Below, piece by piece: positions 9,566-19,903 of a stretch of DNA of 64,000 nt (positions are counted from its first letter, which is position 1; the number at the start of each line of letters is the position of its first letter). The translations under genes were made by a program, and so were the position numbers. This DNA comes from an uncultured Rhodospirillaceae bacterium (lineage in GTDB: Bacteria; Pseudomonadota; Alphaproteobacteria; UBA2966): positions 60,574-124,573 of the forward strand of contig CAYFKJ010000004.1 of assembly GCA_964343605.1 (NCBI GenBank), read 5' to 3'. The notes below the pieces were generated by a model. That model searched no databases. It was not told the DNA's origin and worked only from the letters and a program-made list of their open reading frames with translations.

Positions 9566-10411
9566 ATGGCTGGCGTTTATTATTCGGAAGGCGAGTGGTT
9601 CGACGAAAGCCCCAAGCTCACGGGGCCGCAGGACCATGCGTTTTGGATGTCTTCAGTGGTATTTGACGGCGCCCGCGCCTTCGGCGGCCTGGTGCCCGAT
9701 CTGGACCTGCACTGCGAACGCCTGATCAACTCCGCCCGCGCCCTGGGTTTGGAGCCCAAGCTGACAGCCTCTGAAGTGGAAGCCCTGTGCGTCGAAGGCG
9801 TCCGCAAGATGCCGAAGGAATCGGAGCTCTACATCCGCCCCATGTTCTACGGCACCACGGGTTTCCTCATGCCCGATCCGGACGGCACCAAATTCACCCT
9901 GGCGGTCTACGACAGCCCCATGCCTGAATTCACCGGCATGAAGGTCTGCCTGTCCTCCCGCCGCCGGCCCGCCCCCGACATGGCCCCGACGGATGCCAAG
10001 GCGTCGTGCCTCTATCCCAATACCGGGCGCGCCATAAAGGAGGCGACGGAAAAAGGCTTCGACAATGCGGTCGTGCTCGATTTCGAGGGCAACGTCGCTG
10101 AATTCGCCTCCGCCAACATCTGGCTGGTCAAGGACGGCAAGGCCATCACGCCGATGCAGAACGGCACCTTCCTCGCCGGCGTTACCCGCAAGCGGATCAT
10201 ACAATTGCTGAGCGATGCCGGCATCGAAGTGGAGGAGCGCATTGTCACATTCGACGAGGTGATGGAGGCGGACGAAGTGTTCAGTACGGGCAACTACGGC
10301 AAGGTCATGCCGGTCACCCGGGTCGAAGACCGGGACCTCCAACCCGGTCCCGTCTGCACCAAGGCGCGTGAGCTTTACTTCGAGTTCGCCAAGGGCTGCA
10401 GCGTCTTCTAG
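9566..10411 (+). CDS. branched-chain amino acid aminotransferase (class IV PLP fold)
   Basis: 281 aa. Overall class IV pattern (VFDGARAF, ELYIRP, KASCLYPN, EFASANIW, GVTR, VFSTGN). Confidence 0.8.
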   Translation: MAGVYYSEGEWFDESPKLTGPQDHAFWMSSVVFDGARAFGGLVPDLDLHCERLINSARALGLEPKLTASEVEALCVEGVRKMPKESELYIRPMFYGTTGFLMPDPDGTKFTLAVYDSPMPEFTGMKVCLSSRRRPAPDMAPTDAKASCLYPNTGRAIKEATEKGFDNAVVLDFEGNVAEFASANIWLVKDGKAITPMQNGTFLAGVTRKRIIQLLSDAGIEVEERIVTFDEVMEADEVFSTGNYGKVMPVTRVEDRDLQPGPVCTKARELYFEFAKGCSVF

Positions 10412-10432
10412 GCGGTTTCAGCGGAAGCAGCC

Positions 10433-12019
10433 TTAGGCGGCGCCCAGATCCTCGCCCGCCAGGGCTCGGCGGATCAGGGTCACCGATTCATCGACGCCGT
10501 ATAGAGCCAGGAACGAGCCCATGCGCGGCCCCTGTGACTGGCCGAGCAGGGTCTCGTAGAGCGCCTTGAACCAATCCCGCAGGTTCTCGTAGCCGTGGCG
10601 TTTGCCGACTTCGTAGACCTCGAACTGGATGTCCTCGGCGGCGGCACCCGCGCCCAGTTCCTCCAATTTCGAGGCGAGTTCGTCAAGCGCCGCCTGCTCC
10701 GCGTCGACCGGCGCGCGGTAGTGCTTGGAGGGCCGGACGAAATCCCGGTAGTAAGCGATGGCATATCCGGCAAGGCGGTCCAGGATGGGATGGTTCTCCG
10801 GCTTGGCGCCTTCGACGTAACGGCTGATGAAGCCCCACAAAACGTCCGGATCCTCGGTGTTGCAGACGCTGGCAAGGTTCAGCAGCATGGCGAAGCTGAT
10901 CGGCACCTCTTCCGCCGGCGGCTCCCCGCCATGGATGTGCCAGGTCGGATTGGCGAACTTCTTTTCGCCCTCCTGATCGGAAAACTTCTCCAGATGCGTC
11001 AAGTAATCGTCGACTGCCCGCGGAATGACGTCGAAGTAGAGCCGCTTGGCCTTGCGCGGCGATTGGTACATGTAAAGCGAAAGACTTTCGGGGGAGGCGT
11101 AGTCGAGCCATTCCTCGATCGTCAGTCCGTTGCCGCGCGATTTTGAGATCTTCTCGCCGTTTTCATCCAGGAACAGCTCGTATGTGAAACCTTCCGGCGG
11201 CGCACCCTCCAGGACCGAACAGATGCGGCTCGACAGTTTGACGGATTCGATCAGATCCTTGCCCGACATTTCGTAATCGACGTCCAGGGCAGTCCAGCGC
11301 ATGGCCCAGTCGGCCTTCCACTGCAGCTTGCAGTGCCCGCCGGTCACCGGCGCCTCGACCTTGCCGCCGTCGACATCCTCGTAGACCACGGTGCCGGCGT
11401 CCGGGTTGAGCTCGATCATCGGCACCTGCAGTACGACGCCGGTCTTGGGGCAAACCGGCAGGAAGGGGCTGTAGGTCGCCTGGCGCGCCGGCCCCAGCGT
11501 CGGCAGAATGATCTTCATCACCGCGTCGTAGTTCTGCAACAGCTTCAGAAGCGTATCGTCGAAGCGGCCCGAGCGGTACATCTCCGTCGAGGAAACGAAC
11601 TCGTAATCGAAGCCGAAATCGTCGAGGAAGGCCTGCAGCCGGGCGTTGTTGTGGTGGCCGAAGCTCTCGTGGGTCCCGAAGGGATCGGGCACGCTGGTCA
11701 AGGGCTTGCCGAGGTGCGGTTCGATGATTTCCTTGTTCGGAATGTTGTCGGGCACCTTGCGCAGGCCGTCCATATCGTCGGAAAAGGCAAAGAGCCGGGA
11801 GGGCTGGTCGGACAACAGCTCGAACGCGCGGCGCACCATGGTGGTTCGCGCAACCTCGCCGAACGTGCCGATGTGCGGCAGCCCGGACGGCCCATAGCCG
11901 GTCTCGAACAACACATAGCCTTTGCCGTTGGGGCGCTTGGCCCCACGGTCGATCAATTTTTGCGCTTCGACAAACGGCCAAGCCTTGCTGGCCAGAGCGA
12001 CTTCCGTCTCGCTGGACAT
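10433..12019 (-). CDS. lysS: lysine--tRNA ligase, class I
   Basis: 528 aa. HIGH-type motif [10 protein letters not shown] and KMSKS-type motif KISKSRGNG. Length and N-terminus (AWPFVEAQK) are typical of class I LysRS. Confidence 0.92.
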   Translation of the reverse strand: MSSETEVALASKAWPFVEAQKLIDRGAKRPNGKGYVLFETGYGPSGLPHIGTFGEVARTTMVRRAFELLSDQPSRLFAFSDDMDGLRKVPDNIPNKEIIEPHLGKPLTSVPDPFGTHESFGHHNNARLQAFLDDFGFDYEFVSSTEMYRSGRFDDTLLKLLQNYDAVMKIILPTLGPARQATYSPFLPVCPKTGVVLQVPMIELNPDAGTVVYEDVDGGKVEAPVTGGHCKLQWKADWAMRWTALDVDYEMSGKDLIESVKLSSRICSVLEGAPPEGFTYELFLDENGEKISKSRGNGLTIEEWLDYASPESLSLYMYQSPRKAKRLYFDVIPRAVDDYLTHLEKFSDQEGEKKFANPTWHIHGGEPPAEEVPISFAMLLNLASVCNTEDPDVLWGFISRYVEGAKPENHPILDRLAGYAIAYYRDFVRPSKHYRAPVDAEQAALDELASKLEELGAGAAAEDIQFEVYEVGKRHGYENLRDWFKALYETLLGQSQGPRMGSFLALYGVDESVTLIRRALAGEDLGAA

Positions 12020-12187
12020 AACTACTCACGCTTCTCAGGTCCGAAGGAAGCTGGAAACTAGAGCAAATTGCCGCCGGATGGAACCGTTTGATGGGCCGAA
12101 AGCCGAAACGACCGGCCCCGTGCCCCGCAAAACGCGGTAGCGGGGCGGCAAATTCCGATCATCCCGATGGAGCACCGGGAGGGAGGA

Positions 12188-12448
12188 TCAATACATGGCG
12201 GAAAGATTGACGATCAGGGCGTCGTTCTTCTTGCGGATTTCCGTGGCGATCTTGTGCGCCAGGTCCTGTTCCGCTTCGCCGCAACTGTTGCAGGTATCGA
12301 CAGCCGTGTGCTGGCCTTCGAGCATGCCCCGGATCGCCGCCGCCTTGACGACCTTGGCGACCATTTCGGTTTGCTCGCTGGTCAGGTTTCCATCCAGCTT
12401 TTCCATCGACTCATCGACAATCGCTTGCAGTCTCTCCATGGAATTCAT
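12188..12448 (-). CDS. hypothetical small helical protein (83-86 aa)
   Basis: High third-position GC. GGGGGAGG lies upstream; the second ATG at 12439 has better spacing. No recognisable family. Confidence 0.5.
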   Translation of the reverse strand: MNSMERLQAIVDESMEKLDGNLTSEQTEMVAKVVKAAAIRGMLEGQHTAVDTCNSCGEAEQDLAHKIATEIRKKNDALIVNLSAMY

Positions 12449-12493
12449 CCTCCCCCGTCGAGGGCTTTATTGTCGCACCCGGAGCAAACCCGC

Positions 12494-12703
12494 TCAATCC
12501 TCGAATTTGAACGACATCTTCAGCTTCACCCGATAGGCGCTGATCTTGCCGTCCTGGATCTGCAAATCCTGATCGACCACTTCGGCGATGCGCAGATCGC
12601 GAAGGCTCTGGCCGGCCCGCTCAACGGCGGCGGCGGCGGCGTGCTCCCAGGATTCGGGACTGGAACCAACCAATTCGATGACCTTGTAGACACTACCCGA
12701 CAT
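12494..12703 (-). CDS. dodecin family flavin-binding protein
   Basis: 69-aa core MSGSVYKVIELVGSSPESWEHAAAAAVERA...YRVKLKMSFKFED matches the dodecin pattern. Start moved to ATG 12703. Confidence 0.8.
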   Translation of the reverse strand: MSGSVYKVIELVGSSPESWEHAAAAAVERAGQSLRDLRIAEVVDQDLQIQDGKISAYRVKLKMSFKFED

Positions 12704-12906
12704 GACATCCTCCCTTATTACGACGATGAAGGGGCCCAATGCCCCAAAGCATCGGTACGAAAGTCGGTCTGAAATTTCCAAGTGAGTCTCAAGTACCCGA
12801 AATCGTACTGCGAATCCGTCGTTTGGGGAACTTCAATCCCGGCAAGATCGTCCGGTGGGAGCGATGCCGTCTCGCCGCTCGCGGGGGTCTTCGATATACT
12901 CCCGGC

Positions 12907-15669
12907 ATGTCAGACGCTTCACCGCCTCCAGTCGCCTCCGCCAGCCAAAATACACAAGCCCTCAATCCACCGGCCCTCAGCGTTGGATCGCGCAGCGCCG
13001 TATGGCTGTCGGCAGACGGCGAGATCGATACTCTTGATTTGCGCGAAGCCGCACGACGCGCCGCGCGAACGCCCGTCATCGTTTGCCACGCCCCATCCGT
13101 GGCCCGGCGTCTGGGGCGTGACGATCTCCCGCTGCTGGATCTGCTCGAGCTCTTCGCCTATGTGCGGCCCGCCCGGTTTTGCCTGCCTACCATCGGCGGT
13201 CTTGCGGCCGCCGTCGGCCTGCCCGCACCCGCGGGCCTCGAAGATCAGGCCTTGGCGTTGCTGGACATTCCGAAAGTTCTCGCCGCCGAACTGGATGCCG
13301 CTCCCCGCGACGTGCACCTCGACGCCATGACCCGCACCCTGGCCGAGGCGGGTTGGCCGTGGGCGCGCTGGTTGCTGGCCGGAGGCATGAAGAATACCGA
13401 ACTCAGCGCGGACGCCCGCGGCGGCCGAGGTATGGACATCTGGAACCGGCTGCCGGAAATCGAGGAACAGGCGCCGCCCCCGCCTCCCGGCAACGAGGCG
13501 GTTTCGGCTGCCGAAGCTTTGGCCCGGCTCGATCGGTTGCTCGACGCCAACGCCGAAGCGCGGCCCCAGCAACGCGACTACACGGAGGCTGCTGCCCGGG
13601 CCTACGCAGCGCGCAACGCCGCCGACGAGCCTCATATCGTCCTGGCCGAGGCCGGCACGGGCGTCGGCAAGACGCTCGGCTACATCGCCCCCGCCAGCAT
13701 CTGGGCGCAGAAGAACGAGGGTTCGGTCTGGATTTCCACCTTCACGAAAAACCTGCAGCGCCAGTTGGACCAGGAGCTGCACAAGCTTTATCCCGACCCG
13801 CGCATCCGGGCGGAGAAGGCCGTTTTGCGCAAGGGCCGGGAGAACTATCTCTGCCTGCTCAATCTGGAGGATGAGGTCGGGCGGGCGCGCCAGGGCCGGG
13901 CCGTCGCGGTGGCGGCTCTCATGGCGCGTTGGGCCGGTGCAACGCGCGACGGCGACATGGTGGGCGGCGATTTCCCCTCCTGGCTGGTGCATCTGTTCGG
14001 TCCGGCACGGACGCTGGGCCTCGCCGACCGGCGCGGCGAGTGCATATATTCGGCCTGCGCCCACTACAAGCGCTGTTACATCGAGCACGTCCAGCGCAAG
14101 GCGCGGCGGGCGGAAATCGTCGTCGCCAACCACGCCCTGGTGATGATCCAGGCGGCGATGGCGGACGAAAATACGGAGCTGCCGACGCGCTACGTTTTTG
14201 ACGAGGGCCATCACGTCTTCGACGCCGCCGACAGCGCTTTCGCCGCCGACCTCGGTGGCATGGAAACCGCCGAGTTGAGGCGCTGGATCCGGGGTGCGGA
14301 GGGAACCCGCCGACGGCGGGCACGCGGTCTCGAAAACCGCATCGGCGATCTCGTCGGCGGCGACGAAAATGCCGAGGAGGCGCTCAACGCGGTAAAACGT
14401 GCCGCCGCAGCACTTCCCGGTGAAAGCTGGCTGAGGCGAATAACCGATGGCGGCGGTGCCGGTCCGGCAGAGGTTTTCCTGGCGGAAGTCCACCGTTTCG
14501 TGATGGCGCGCCAGACCGGGTCCGACGCTGGTTACAGCCTGGAAACCGACACGGTGGAGCCGACCCAAGCCATGGTCGATGCCGCCGACAAACTGGCCGA
14601 CGCCCTGGGAGAACTCGTCCGGCCCATGCTGGCGTTGGGCAAGCTCTTGATGGAACGCCTCGACAACGAGGCGGACAGCCTGGACAGCGACAGCCGCCGG
14701 CGTATCGAAGCCGGCGCCCGCGGTCTGCGACGCCGGGCGGAGAGCGTTGCGGCCTGGCGATCCATGCTGGGAAATCTGGGCCGGCCGTTGCCGCCGGAAT
14801 TCGTCGACTGGTTCGGCATCCAACGCAGCGACGGCCGCGTGACGGATGTGGGCATGTACCGCCATTGGCTCGACCCGACCAAGCCCTTCAGCGAAGCGGT
14901 GCTGCAGCGCGCCCATGGTGTGTTGCTGACGTCGGCCAGCCTGCGCGACCGAAGCATCGAAGCGGAGGACTGGGCCAGCGCCGATATCCGCACCGGCGCC
15001 CACCATCTGATCCTGCCGCCCCAAAGAACCAGTCTGCCGTCGCCCTACGATTACGCTGCGGTCACGCGCGTGCTGGTGGTCAACGACGTCGGCCGCAACG
15101 ACGCCGACCAAGTGGCGGCGGCGTTCCGGGAGCTGTTCCTCGCCGCCGGCGGCGGGGCCCTGGGAATATTCACCGCCATCGCCAGATTGCGCGCCGTCCA
15201 CGGCCGTCTGGCCGAGCCACTCGACGAGGCCGGTCTGCAACTCCTGGCCCAGCACATGGACGCCCTGGATACCGGGACCCTGGTCGACATATTCCGGGCC
15301 GAGGAGGACGCCTGCCTGCTGGGCACTGATGCGGTTCGAGACGGCGTGGACGTGCCCGGCAGAAGCCTCCGCCTGATCGTTTTCGACCGCGTGCCCTGGC
15401 CCCGCCCGTCCATCTTGCACAAGGCGCGCAAGGCGGAATTCGGCGGCGCCAAATACGACGACATGCTGACCCGGCTGCGCCTGAAGCAGGCCTACGGCCG
15501 GCTGATCCGGCGCGCCGGGGACCGCGGGGTGTTCGTGATGCTGGATTCAGCCATGCCGTCGCGTCTGCTCGACGCCTTTCCCGAGGACCTTGAGGTCCAG
15601 CGTATCGGATTGGCCGAGGCGGTGTCGATCACCCGGGATTTCCTTAATCTGGAATTTGAGGGACAATAG
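12907..15669 (+). CDS. ATP-dependent DNA helicase, DinG/Rad3-like with Fe-S cysteine cluster
   Basis: Walker A AEAGTGVGKT, DEAH-variant VFDEGHH, Cys cluster (YLCLLN ... CIYSACAHYKRCY), and a C-terminal helicase domain ending VFVMLD. Start at ATG 12907 (MSDASPPP). Confidence 0.85.
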   Translation: MSDASPPPVASASQNTQALNPPALSVGSRSAVWLSADGEIDTLDLREAARRAARTPVIVCHAPSVARRLGRDDLPLLDLLELFAYVRPARFCLPTIGGLAAAVGLPAPAGLEDQALALLDIPKVLAAELDAAPRDVHLDAMTRTLAEAGWPWARWLLAGGMKNTELSADARGGRGMDIWNRLPEIEEQAPPPPPGNEAVSAAEALARLDRLLDANAEARPQQRDYTEAAARAYAARNAADEPHIVLAEAGTGVGKTLGYIAPASIWAQKNEGSVWISTFTKNLQRQLDQELHKLYPDPRIRAEKAVLRKGRENYLCLLNLEDEVGRARQGRAVAVAALMARWAGATRDGDMVGGDFPSWLVHLFGPARTLGLADRRGECIYSACAHYKRCYIEHVQRKARRAEIVVANHALVMIQAAMADENTELPTRYVFDEGHHVFDAADSAFAADLGGMETAELRRWIRGAEGTRRRRARGLENRIGDLVGGDENAEEALNAVKRAAAALPGESWLRRITDGGGAGPAEVFLAEVHRFVMARQTGSDAGYSLETDTVEPTQAMVDAADKLADALGELVRPMLALGKLLMERLDNEADSLDSDSRRRIEAGARGLRRRAESVAAWRSMLGNLGRPLPPEFVDWFGIQRSDGRVTDVGMYRHWLDPTKPFSEAVLQRAHGVLLTSASLRDRSIEAEDWASADIRTGAHHLILPPQRTSLPSPYDYAAVTRVLVVNDVGRNDADQVAAAFRELFLAAGGGALGIFTAIARLRAVHGRLAEPLDEAGLQLLAQHMDALDTGTLVDIFRAEEDACLLGTDAVRDGVDVPGRSLRLIVFDRVPWPRPSILHKARKAEFGGAKYDDMLTRLRLKQAYGRLIRRAGDRGVFVMLDSAMPSRLLDAFPEDLEVQRIGLAEAVSITRDFLNLEFEGQ

Positions 15670-15741
15670 CCTTGCCCTTCGGCGGCGCTCTCCGTAATGT
15701 GCGGACCCGTTTGCAGACGGCAGTTACAAAGGTTCAAAATT

Positions 15742-16143
15742 ATGCAACACACGGCACTGATCTACACCATGGTGATCATGTCGGCGGCGGATTCCGACAT
15801 GACGGACAAGGAATTGTTCATCATCGGCGATATCGTCCGCACGCTTCCGGTATTCGAAGGCTTCGATCCCGAACTCCTGCCCGAGACGGCTGCCAATTGC
15901 GCCGAAATTCTCTCCCAGGAAAACGGCATTGAGACGGTGGTCGGCATTATCGCCGATTCGCTGCCCGAACGGCTGCGCGAAACGGCTTACGCCCTGGCCT
16001 GCGACGTAGCGGCCGCGGACGGCATCGTCAACCAGGAGGAATTGGTGTTGCTTGAAATGATCCGGCATCGCGTCGGCATCGGCCGGTTGCGCGCGGCGGC
16101 GATCGAGACCGGCGCGCGGGCCCGCTATCAGAAAGCCGACTAG
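15742..16143 (+). CDS. TerB-like (tellurite resistance TerB family) protein
   Basis: 133 aa. Two helical repeats with SAADSDMTDKEL and AAADGIVNQEEL signatures typical of the TerB fold. Start at ATG 15742. Confidence 0.65.
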   Translation: MQHTALIYTMVIMSAADSDMTDKELFIIGDIVRTLPVFEGFDPELLPETAANCAEILSQENGIETVVGIIADSLPERLRETAYALACDVAAADGIVNQEELVLLEMIRHRVGIGRLRAAAIETGARARYQKAD

Positions 16144-16778
16144 AGCTCCCTCATGAAAGCCGCCACCGCGGCTATCCCCTCGTCCCAGTTTTGTGCTTCC
16201 GTGCGGCCCGAGGCTTTGCGCGGCTTGAAACTGTGATCGCCGTCTTCCATCCAGGCGAGGCGGATGGTAGGAGACAGGACATAGCTCGCCACGTCTTCGA
16301 AGGTGCCGAGCGAATCCCGCGTTCCCTGTACGATGAGGGTTGGCGTAGTCAGCGCCGCAAGGTGCTCCGTCCGGGTTTTTTCCGGCTTGCCTGGTGGATG
16401 AAACGGATAGCCCAGGCAGACCAGGCCATCCACGCCGGTCTCGTCGGCGATCATGCTGGCGATGCGCCCGCCCATGGACTTGCCGCCGATGGCGATTTTC
16501 GCCGTTTCACCCGATGTCTGACGAACGGCATCGATCACCTCACGCCAGGTGGTCTCCAACACCGGTGCGCGGTCCGGCGGCCGTTTGCCGCCTTCCCGGC
16601 GCCGGCGCTGCATGTAAGGAAATTCAAAGCGCACGACCCGAAGGCCGACGTTTGCCAGACCCTCGGCGAACGCCGCCATGAATGGGCTGTCCATGGGCGC
16701 GCCGGCGCCATGGGCGAGTACGATGACCCGGTCGGAAGTCTTCGGGCCGTCAAACAGCATTTCCTCGATTTTCGACAT
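16140..16778 (-). CDS. alpha/beta hydrolase (KANL3/Tex30-like, dienelactone-hydrolase-like)
   Basis: 212 aa from ATG 16778 (MSKIEEM). VIVLAHGAGAPMDSPFM, nucleophile elbow GGKSMGG, and C-terminal DGDHSF. The upstream part of the track ORF is basic, low complexity. Confidence 0.75.
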   Translation of the reverse strand: MSKIEEMLFDGPKTSDRVIVLAHGAGAPMDSPFMAAFAEGLANVGLRVVRFEFPYMQRRRREGGKRPPDRAPVLETTWREVIDAVRQTSGETAKIAIGGKSMGGRIASMIADETGVDGLVCLGYPFHPPGKPEKTRTEHLAALTTPTLIVQGTRDSLGTFEDVASYVLSPTIRLAWMEDGDHSFKPRKASGRTEAQNWDEGIAAVAAFMREL

Positions 16779-16981
16779 GTGTCCCCGATAAAAACAGTTA
16801 ACGCCAATGGCTTGCCCGATCACAAAGTCGTGGTCAAGCCTTGCCTCACGTGACGCCTCTGGCAAACTTGAAGCGGAAGTACGGAGGGCCGCCGCTTGGA
16901 GACAATATTGTACAATTGTAGGTCTTTGGTCGGGATAGCCGGTATCCCGGCTCAGTTTGTCGGACGGGCGGCCGGCGGCCG

Positions 16982-17680
16982 GTGAGCCGGAGCACCATAC
17001 AACGTATCGGATTGGTGCTGGTCCTGGTGGCAGCCATGGCCTGGGCCTGGTCGAACCGCGAAATGATCGATGTCGCCACGCTCGAATCACGGGTCGCAGA
17101 ATTCGGTGCCCTGGCGCCGTTCGTCTATATCGTCCTCTACGCTGCCGCCGTGCCGCTTTGCCTGCCCGGCTCCCTTATGACCATGGCGGCCGGGGTTCTG
17201 TTCGGTCCGGTGTTCGGATCGTTCTATGCCCTGGTGGGAGCCACCATCGGCGCGACGATTTCGATGTTGATTGCGCGCTACATCGCCGGGGAACTGGCGA
17301 CCCGGCGCGGCGGCGGCAGGTTGGGCCACATCAAGGAAGGCGTGGACGCGGAGGGCTGGCGCTTCGTCGCTTTCGTCAGGCTCGTGCCGCTCTTTCCCTT
17401 CAATATCCTGAACTACCTCCTGGGCTTGACGGCCATTCCGCTACGGCACTACGTGCTGACCACATTCATCTGCATGGCGCCGGGGAGTGCTGCCTACACT
17501 TACGCGGGATATGCCGGACGGGAAGCCGCCGCCGGCAGCGAAGATATGGTTCTGAAGATCGCCATGGCCTTCGGCCTGTTGGCGGGCGTGGCGTTGCTGC
17601 CGGTACTTATCAAACGGTGGAAGGGCCATTTCGCCGCCCAAGCGGAAGCGGCAGCCAAAGCGAAAGAAGAGCAGACCTAA
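16982..17680 (+). CDS. TVP38/TMEM64 (DedA-related) family membrane protein
   Basis: 232 aa, multi-pass. Conserved GxxFG...G blocks (AAGVLFGPVFGSFYALVGATIGATI) and LVPLFPFNILNYLLGLT. GTG start. Confidence 0.8.
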   Translation: MSRSTIQRIGLVLVLVAAMAWAWSNREMIDVATLESRVAEFGALAPFVYIVLYAAAVPLCLPGSLMTMAAGVLFGPVFGSFYALVGATIGATISMLIARYIAGELATRRGGGRLGHIKEGVDAEGWRFVAFVRLVPLFPFNILNYLLGLTAIPLRHYVLTTFICMAPGSAAYTYAGYAGREAAAGSEDMVLKIAMAFGLLAGVALLPVLIKRWKGHFAAQAEAAAKAKEEQT

Positions 17681-18477
17681 GCGCCGTTGCCGTTCCCGTT
17701 GGGTTGCCACCACGCCAGGGTTCCGGCAATGGCCGCGACCCGGCCGATGACGATCACGCAAGGCGGTCCCAGCTTGGCCTCGGAGACGGCAGCGACCGCA
17801 TTTTCCAATGTCCCTACGCAATGGCGCTGACGCGGCGTGGTGCCGCGCTCGATGGCGGCGAAGGGCGTGTCAGCCGGGAGGCCGGCAGTGATCAGGCGGC
17901 GGCTGATGTCTCCAAGATTGGCGAGGCCCATGTAAACCACCAGTGTGGTGTCCGGATCGGCGAGGCTCTCCCAATCCAGTTCGAGCTCTTCGTCTTGGGT
18001 ATGGCCAGTAACGTAACGCACACCCGTGGCGAGGCCCCGATGGGTGAGCGGAATGCCGACGTAAGCGCTGCAGCCCGAGGCGGCGCTGATGCCCGGCACG
18101 ATTTCGAAGCCGATGCCGTTGTCGGCCAAGTGGATGGCTTCCTCCGATCCCCGGCCAAAGATAAAGGGATCGCCTCCCTTCAAGCGCACCACGATCGCGT
18201 TGCGCCGCGCCAGATCGACCAGCAACTGGTTGATGTCAGCCTGCATCATGTGATGGTCGCGCGACGCCTTGCCGGCGTAGATCCGCGTCGCCTCCGACGG
18301 CACCAACTCCAGCACCGCCGGAGAGACCAGCCGGTCGAAAACCACCACATCCGCCTGGGCCAGCAGACGTGATGCCTTGACGGTCAGGAGGTCCGGATCG
18401 CCCGGGCCGGCGCCGACCAGGTATACCGTACCGGGGGTGTCCAATTCGTCCGCTTCGAGATATCCGGGATCAACCAC
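17677..18477 (-). CDS. cobA: uroporphyrinogen-III C-methyltransferase (SUMT)
   Basis: 266 aa. VYLVGAGPGDPDLLTVKA and GGDPFIFGRG motifs. Starts 9 nt after the dsrN stop. Confidence 0.9.
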   Translation of the reverse strand: MVDPGYLEADELDTPGTVYLVGAGPGDPDLLTVKASRLLAQADVVVFDRLVSPAVLELVPSEATRIYAGKASRDHHMMQADINQLLVDLARRNAIVVRLKGGDPFIFGRGSEEAIHLADNGIGFEIVPGISAASGCSAYVGIPLTHRGLATGVRYVTGHTQDEELELDWESLADPDTTLVVYMGLANLGDISRRLITAGLPADTPFAAIERGTTPRQRHCVGTLENAVAAVSEAKLGPPCVIVIGRVAAIAGTLAWWQPNGNGNGA

Positions 18478-18485
18478 AACGCTTC

Positions 18486-19883
18486 CTACTTACCGTTCTT
18501 TTTGCACTGCCGCACGAAGGCGACAAACCGTTCAGCCCAGCGATTGCCCCCGACATCGCGGAGATGAGCGTAACTAGCAAGGACATTCCTGTAAACGATA
18601 CCGTCGTTTTCGCCGTCGATGCCGGTGCCGCGCCGCACCTTGTAGGCGAATCTGAGCGATGGGTCGAGCCGTTCGAGCCGGGAATAATGAAATTCGTGGG
18701 CGGGGAATTCCACCGGTGCATCGTCCCCGCTTCTCAAAGGCCACGGTCCGGCGCCGGTTTCCTCGAGCCTTACGTAACCCCGACCTGCGGGCCGGGATTG
18801 CATTTGCACGTCCGCCTCGATAGCTCCCACCATCTCGCAGGTTTTGTCGTGCCAGGTAATGCGCCGGGCCAAATACATCAGGCCGCCGCACTCGGCATAA
18901 ACCGGAAGATCATTCTCGATCGCCGCCGCGATGTCCCGTCGCATCGATGTGTTGGCTTCCAGCTCCGCCATCTTCATTTCGGGAAAGCCGCCGCTGACAA
19001 ACAGACCGTCGACGTCCGGCAGATGCTCATCGCTGAGCGAATCGAAGATCACCAGTTCGGCCCCCGCCGCCTCCAGCGCCTCGAGGTCGGCGGCGTAGTA
19101 GAAACCGAACGCCGCATCCCTGGGAATGCCGATACGGACGATCCTTCCGGGTTTGACTTCCGTCTCCTCCGGCTGAACCGGCGGCGTATCCACGGTGGCG
19201 GGCGCCGCGCCCACGACCTTGGTCAGCAGCTCGACATCGACATGGTCGGCGATGTGATCGGCGATGGCGGCAACACGTTCGTCGGCACCCTCGTCCTCGT
19301 TCGTGGGCATCAGGCCGATGTGGCGTTCGACGATCTCCAGGTTGCGGTTGCGATGGACAGCGCCCAGCACGGGAACGTCGGTGTAGTGGCCGACGGCGGC
19401 GTGCAGTTTGCCTTCGTGCCGGTCACCGGCGACCTTGTTGAGGATTACCCCGGCGATTTCGACGTGGGGGTGGAAGGACTGGTAACCCAGGATCAGCGGC
19501 GCCACGCCGCGCGTAATGCCCTGGGTGTCGATCACCAGAATGACCGGCAGACCAAGAAGACGCGCCAGCGCCGCCGTGGAATCGCTGCCCGCCGGATCCA
19601 TGCCGTCGTAGAGTCCCTTGTTGCCCTCAACCAGGGCCACGTCCGCATCGCTCATGGCGCGGGCGAAATCGCCAACGATCTCCTCGTGCGGTTGGGTGTA
19701 GAAATCGAGATTGCGGCAGGGCCGACCGGCCGCCCGCGCGAGCCACATGGGATCGATATAGTCCGGGCCCTTCTTGAAAGGTTGGACCTTCAGCCCGCCA
19801 CCGGCAAGGGCCGCGCAAAGGCCGACGGAAATCGTCGTCTTGCCCGATGATTTGTGGGCCGCTGAAACGAGAAAGCGCGTCAT
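18486..19883 (-). CDS. dsrN: siroheme amidase DsrN (CobB/CbiA cobyrinic acid a,c-diamide synthase family)
   Basis: 465 aa. N-terminal P-loop SAAHKSSGKTT and C-terminal glutamine amidotransferase Cys (YAECGGLMYL). Sits in the dsr operon. Confidence 0.85.
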   Translation of the reverse strand: MTRFLVSAAHKSSGKTTISVGLCAALAGGGLKVQPFKKGPDYIDPMWLARAAGRPCRNLDFYTQPHEEIVGDFARAMSDADVALVEGNKGLYDGMDPAGSDSTAALARLLGLPVILVIDTQGITRGVAPLILGYQSFHPHVEIAGVILNKVAGDRHEGKLHAAVGHYTDVPVLGAVHRNRNLEIVERHIGLMPTNEDEGADERVAAIADHIADHVDVELLTKVVGAAPATVDTPPVQPEETEVKPGRIVRIGIPRDAAFGFYYAADLEALEAAGAELVIFDSLSDEHLPDVDGLFVSGGFPEMKMAELEANTSMRRDIAAAIENDLPVYAECGGLMYLARRITWHDKTCEMVGAIEADVQMQSRPAGRGYVRLEETGAGPWPLRSGDDAPVEFPAHEFHYSRLERLDPSLRFAYKVRRGTGIDGENDGIVYRNVLASYAHLRDVGGNRWAERFVAFVRQCKKNGK

Positions 19884-19903
19884 CGCGTCGTTCGCTGGGC
19901 CGT

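Noticed and set aside
12919-15420. 833-aa ORF on the minus strand
   Set aside because: It is entirely antisense to the DinG-like helicase gene. The composition is Arg/Gly/Ala/Pro-rich and low complexity with no recognisable motifs. This is a typical open antisense frame in 64% GC DNA.
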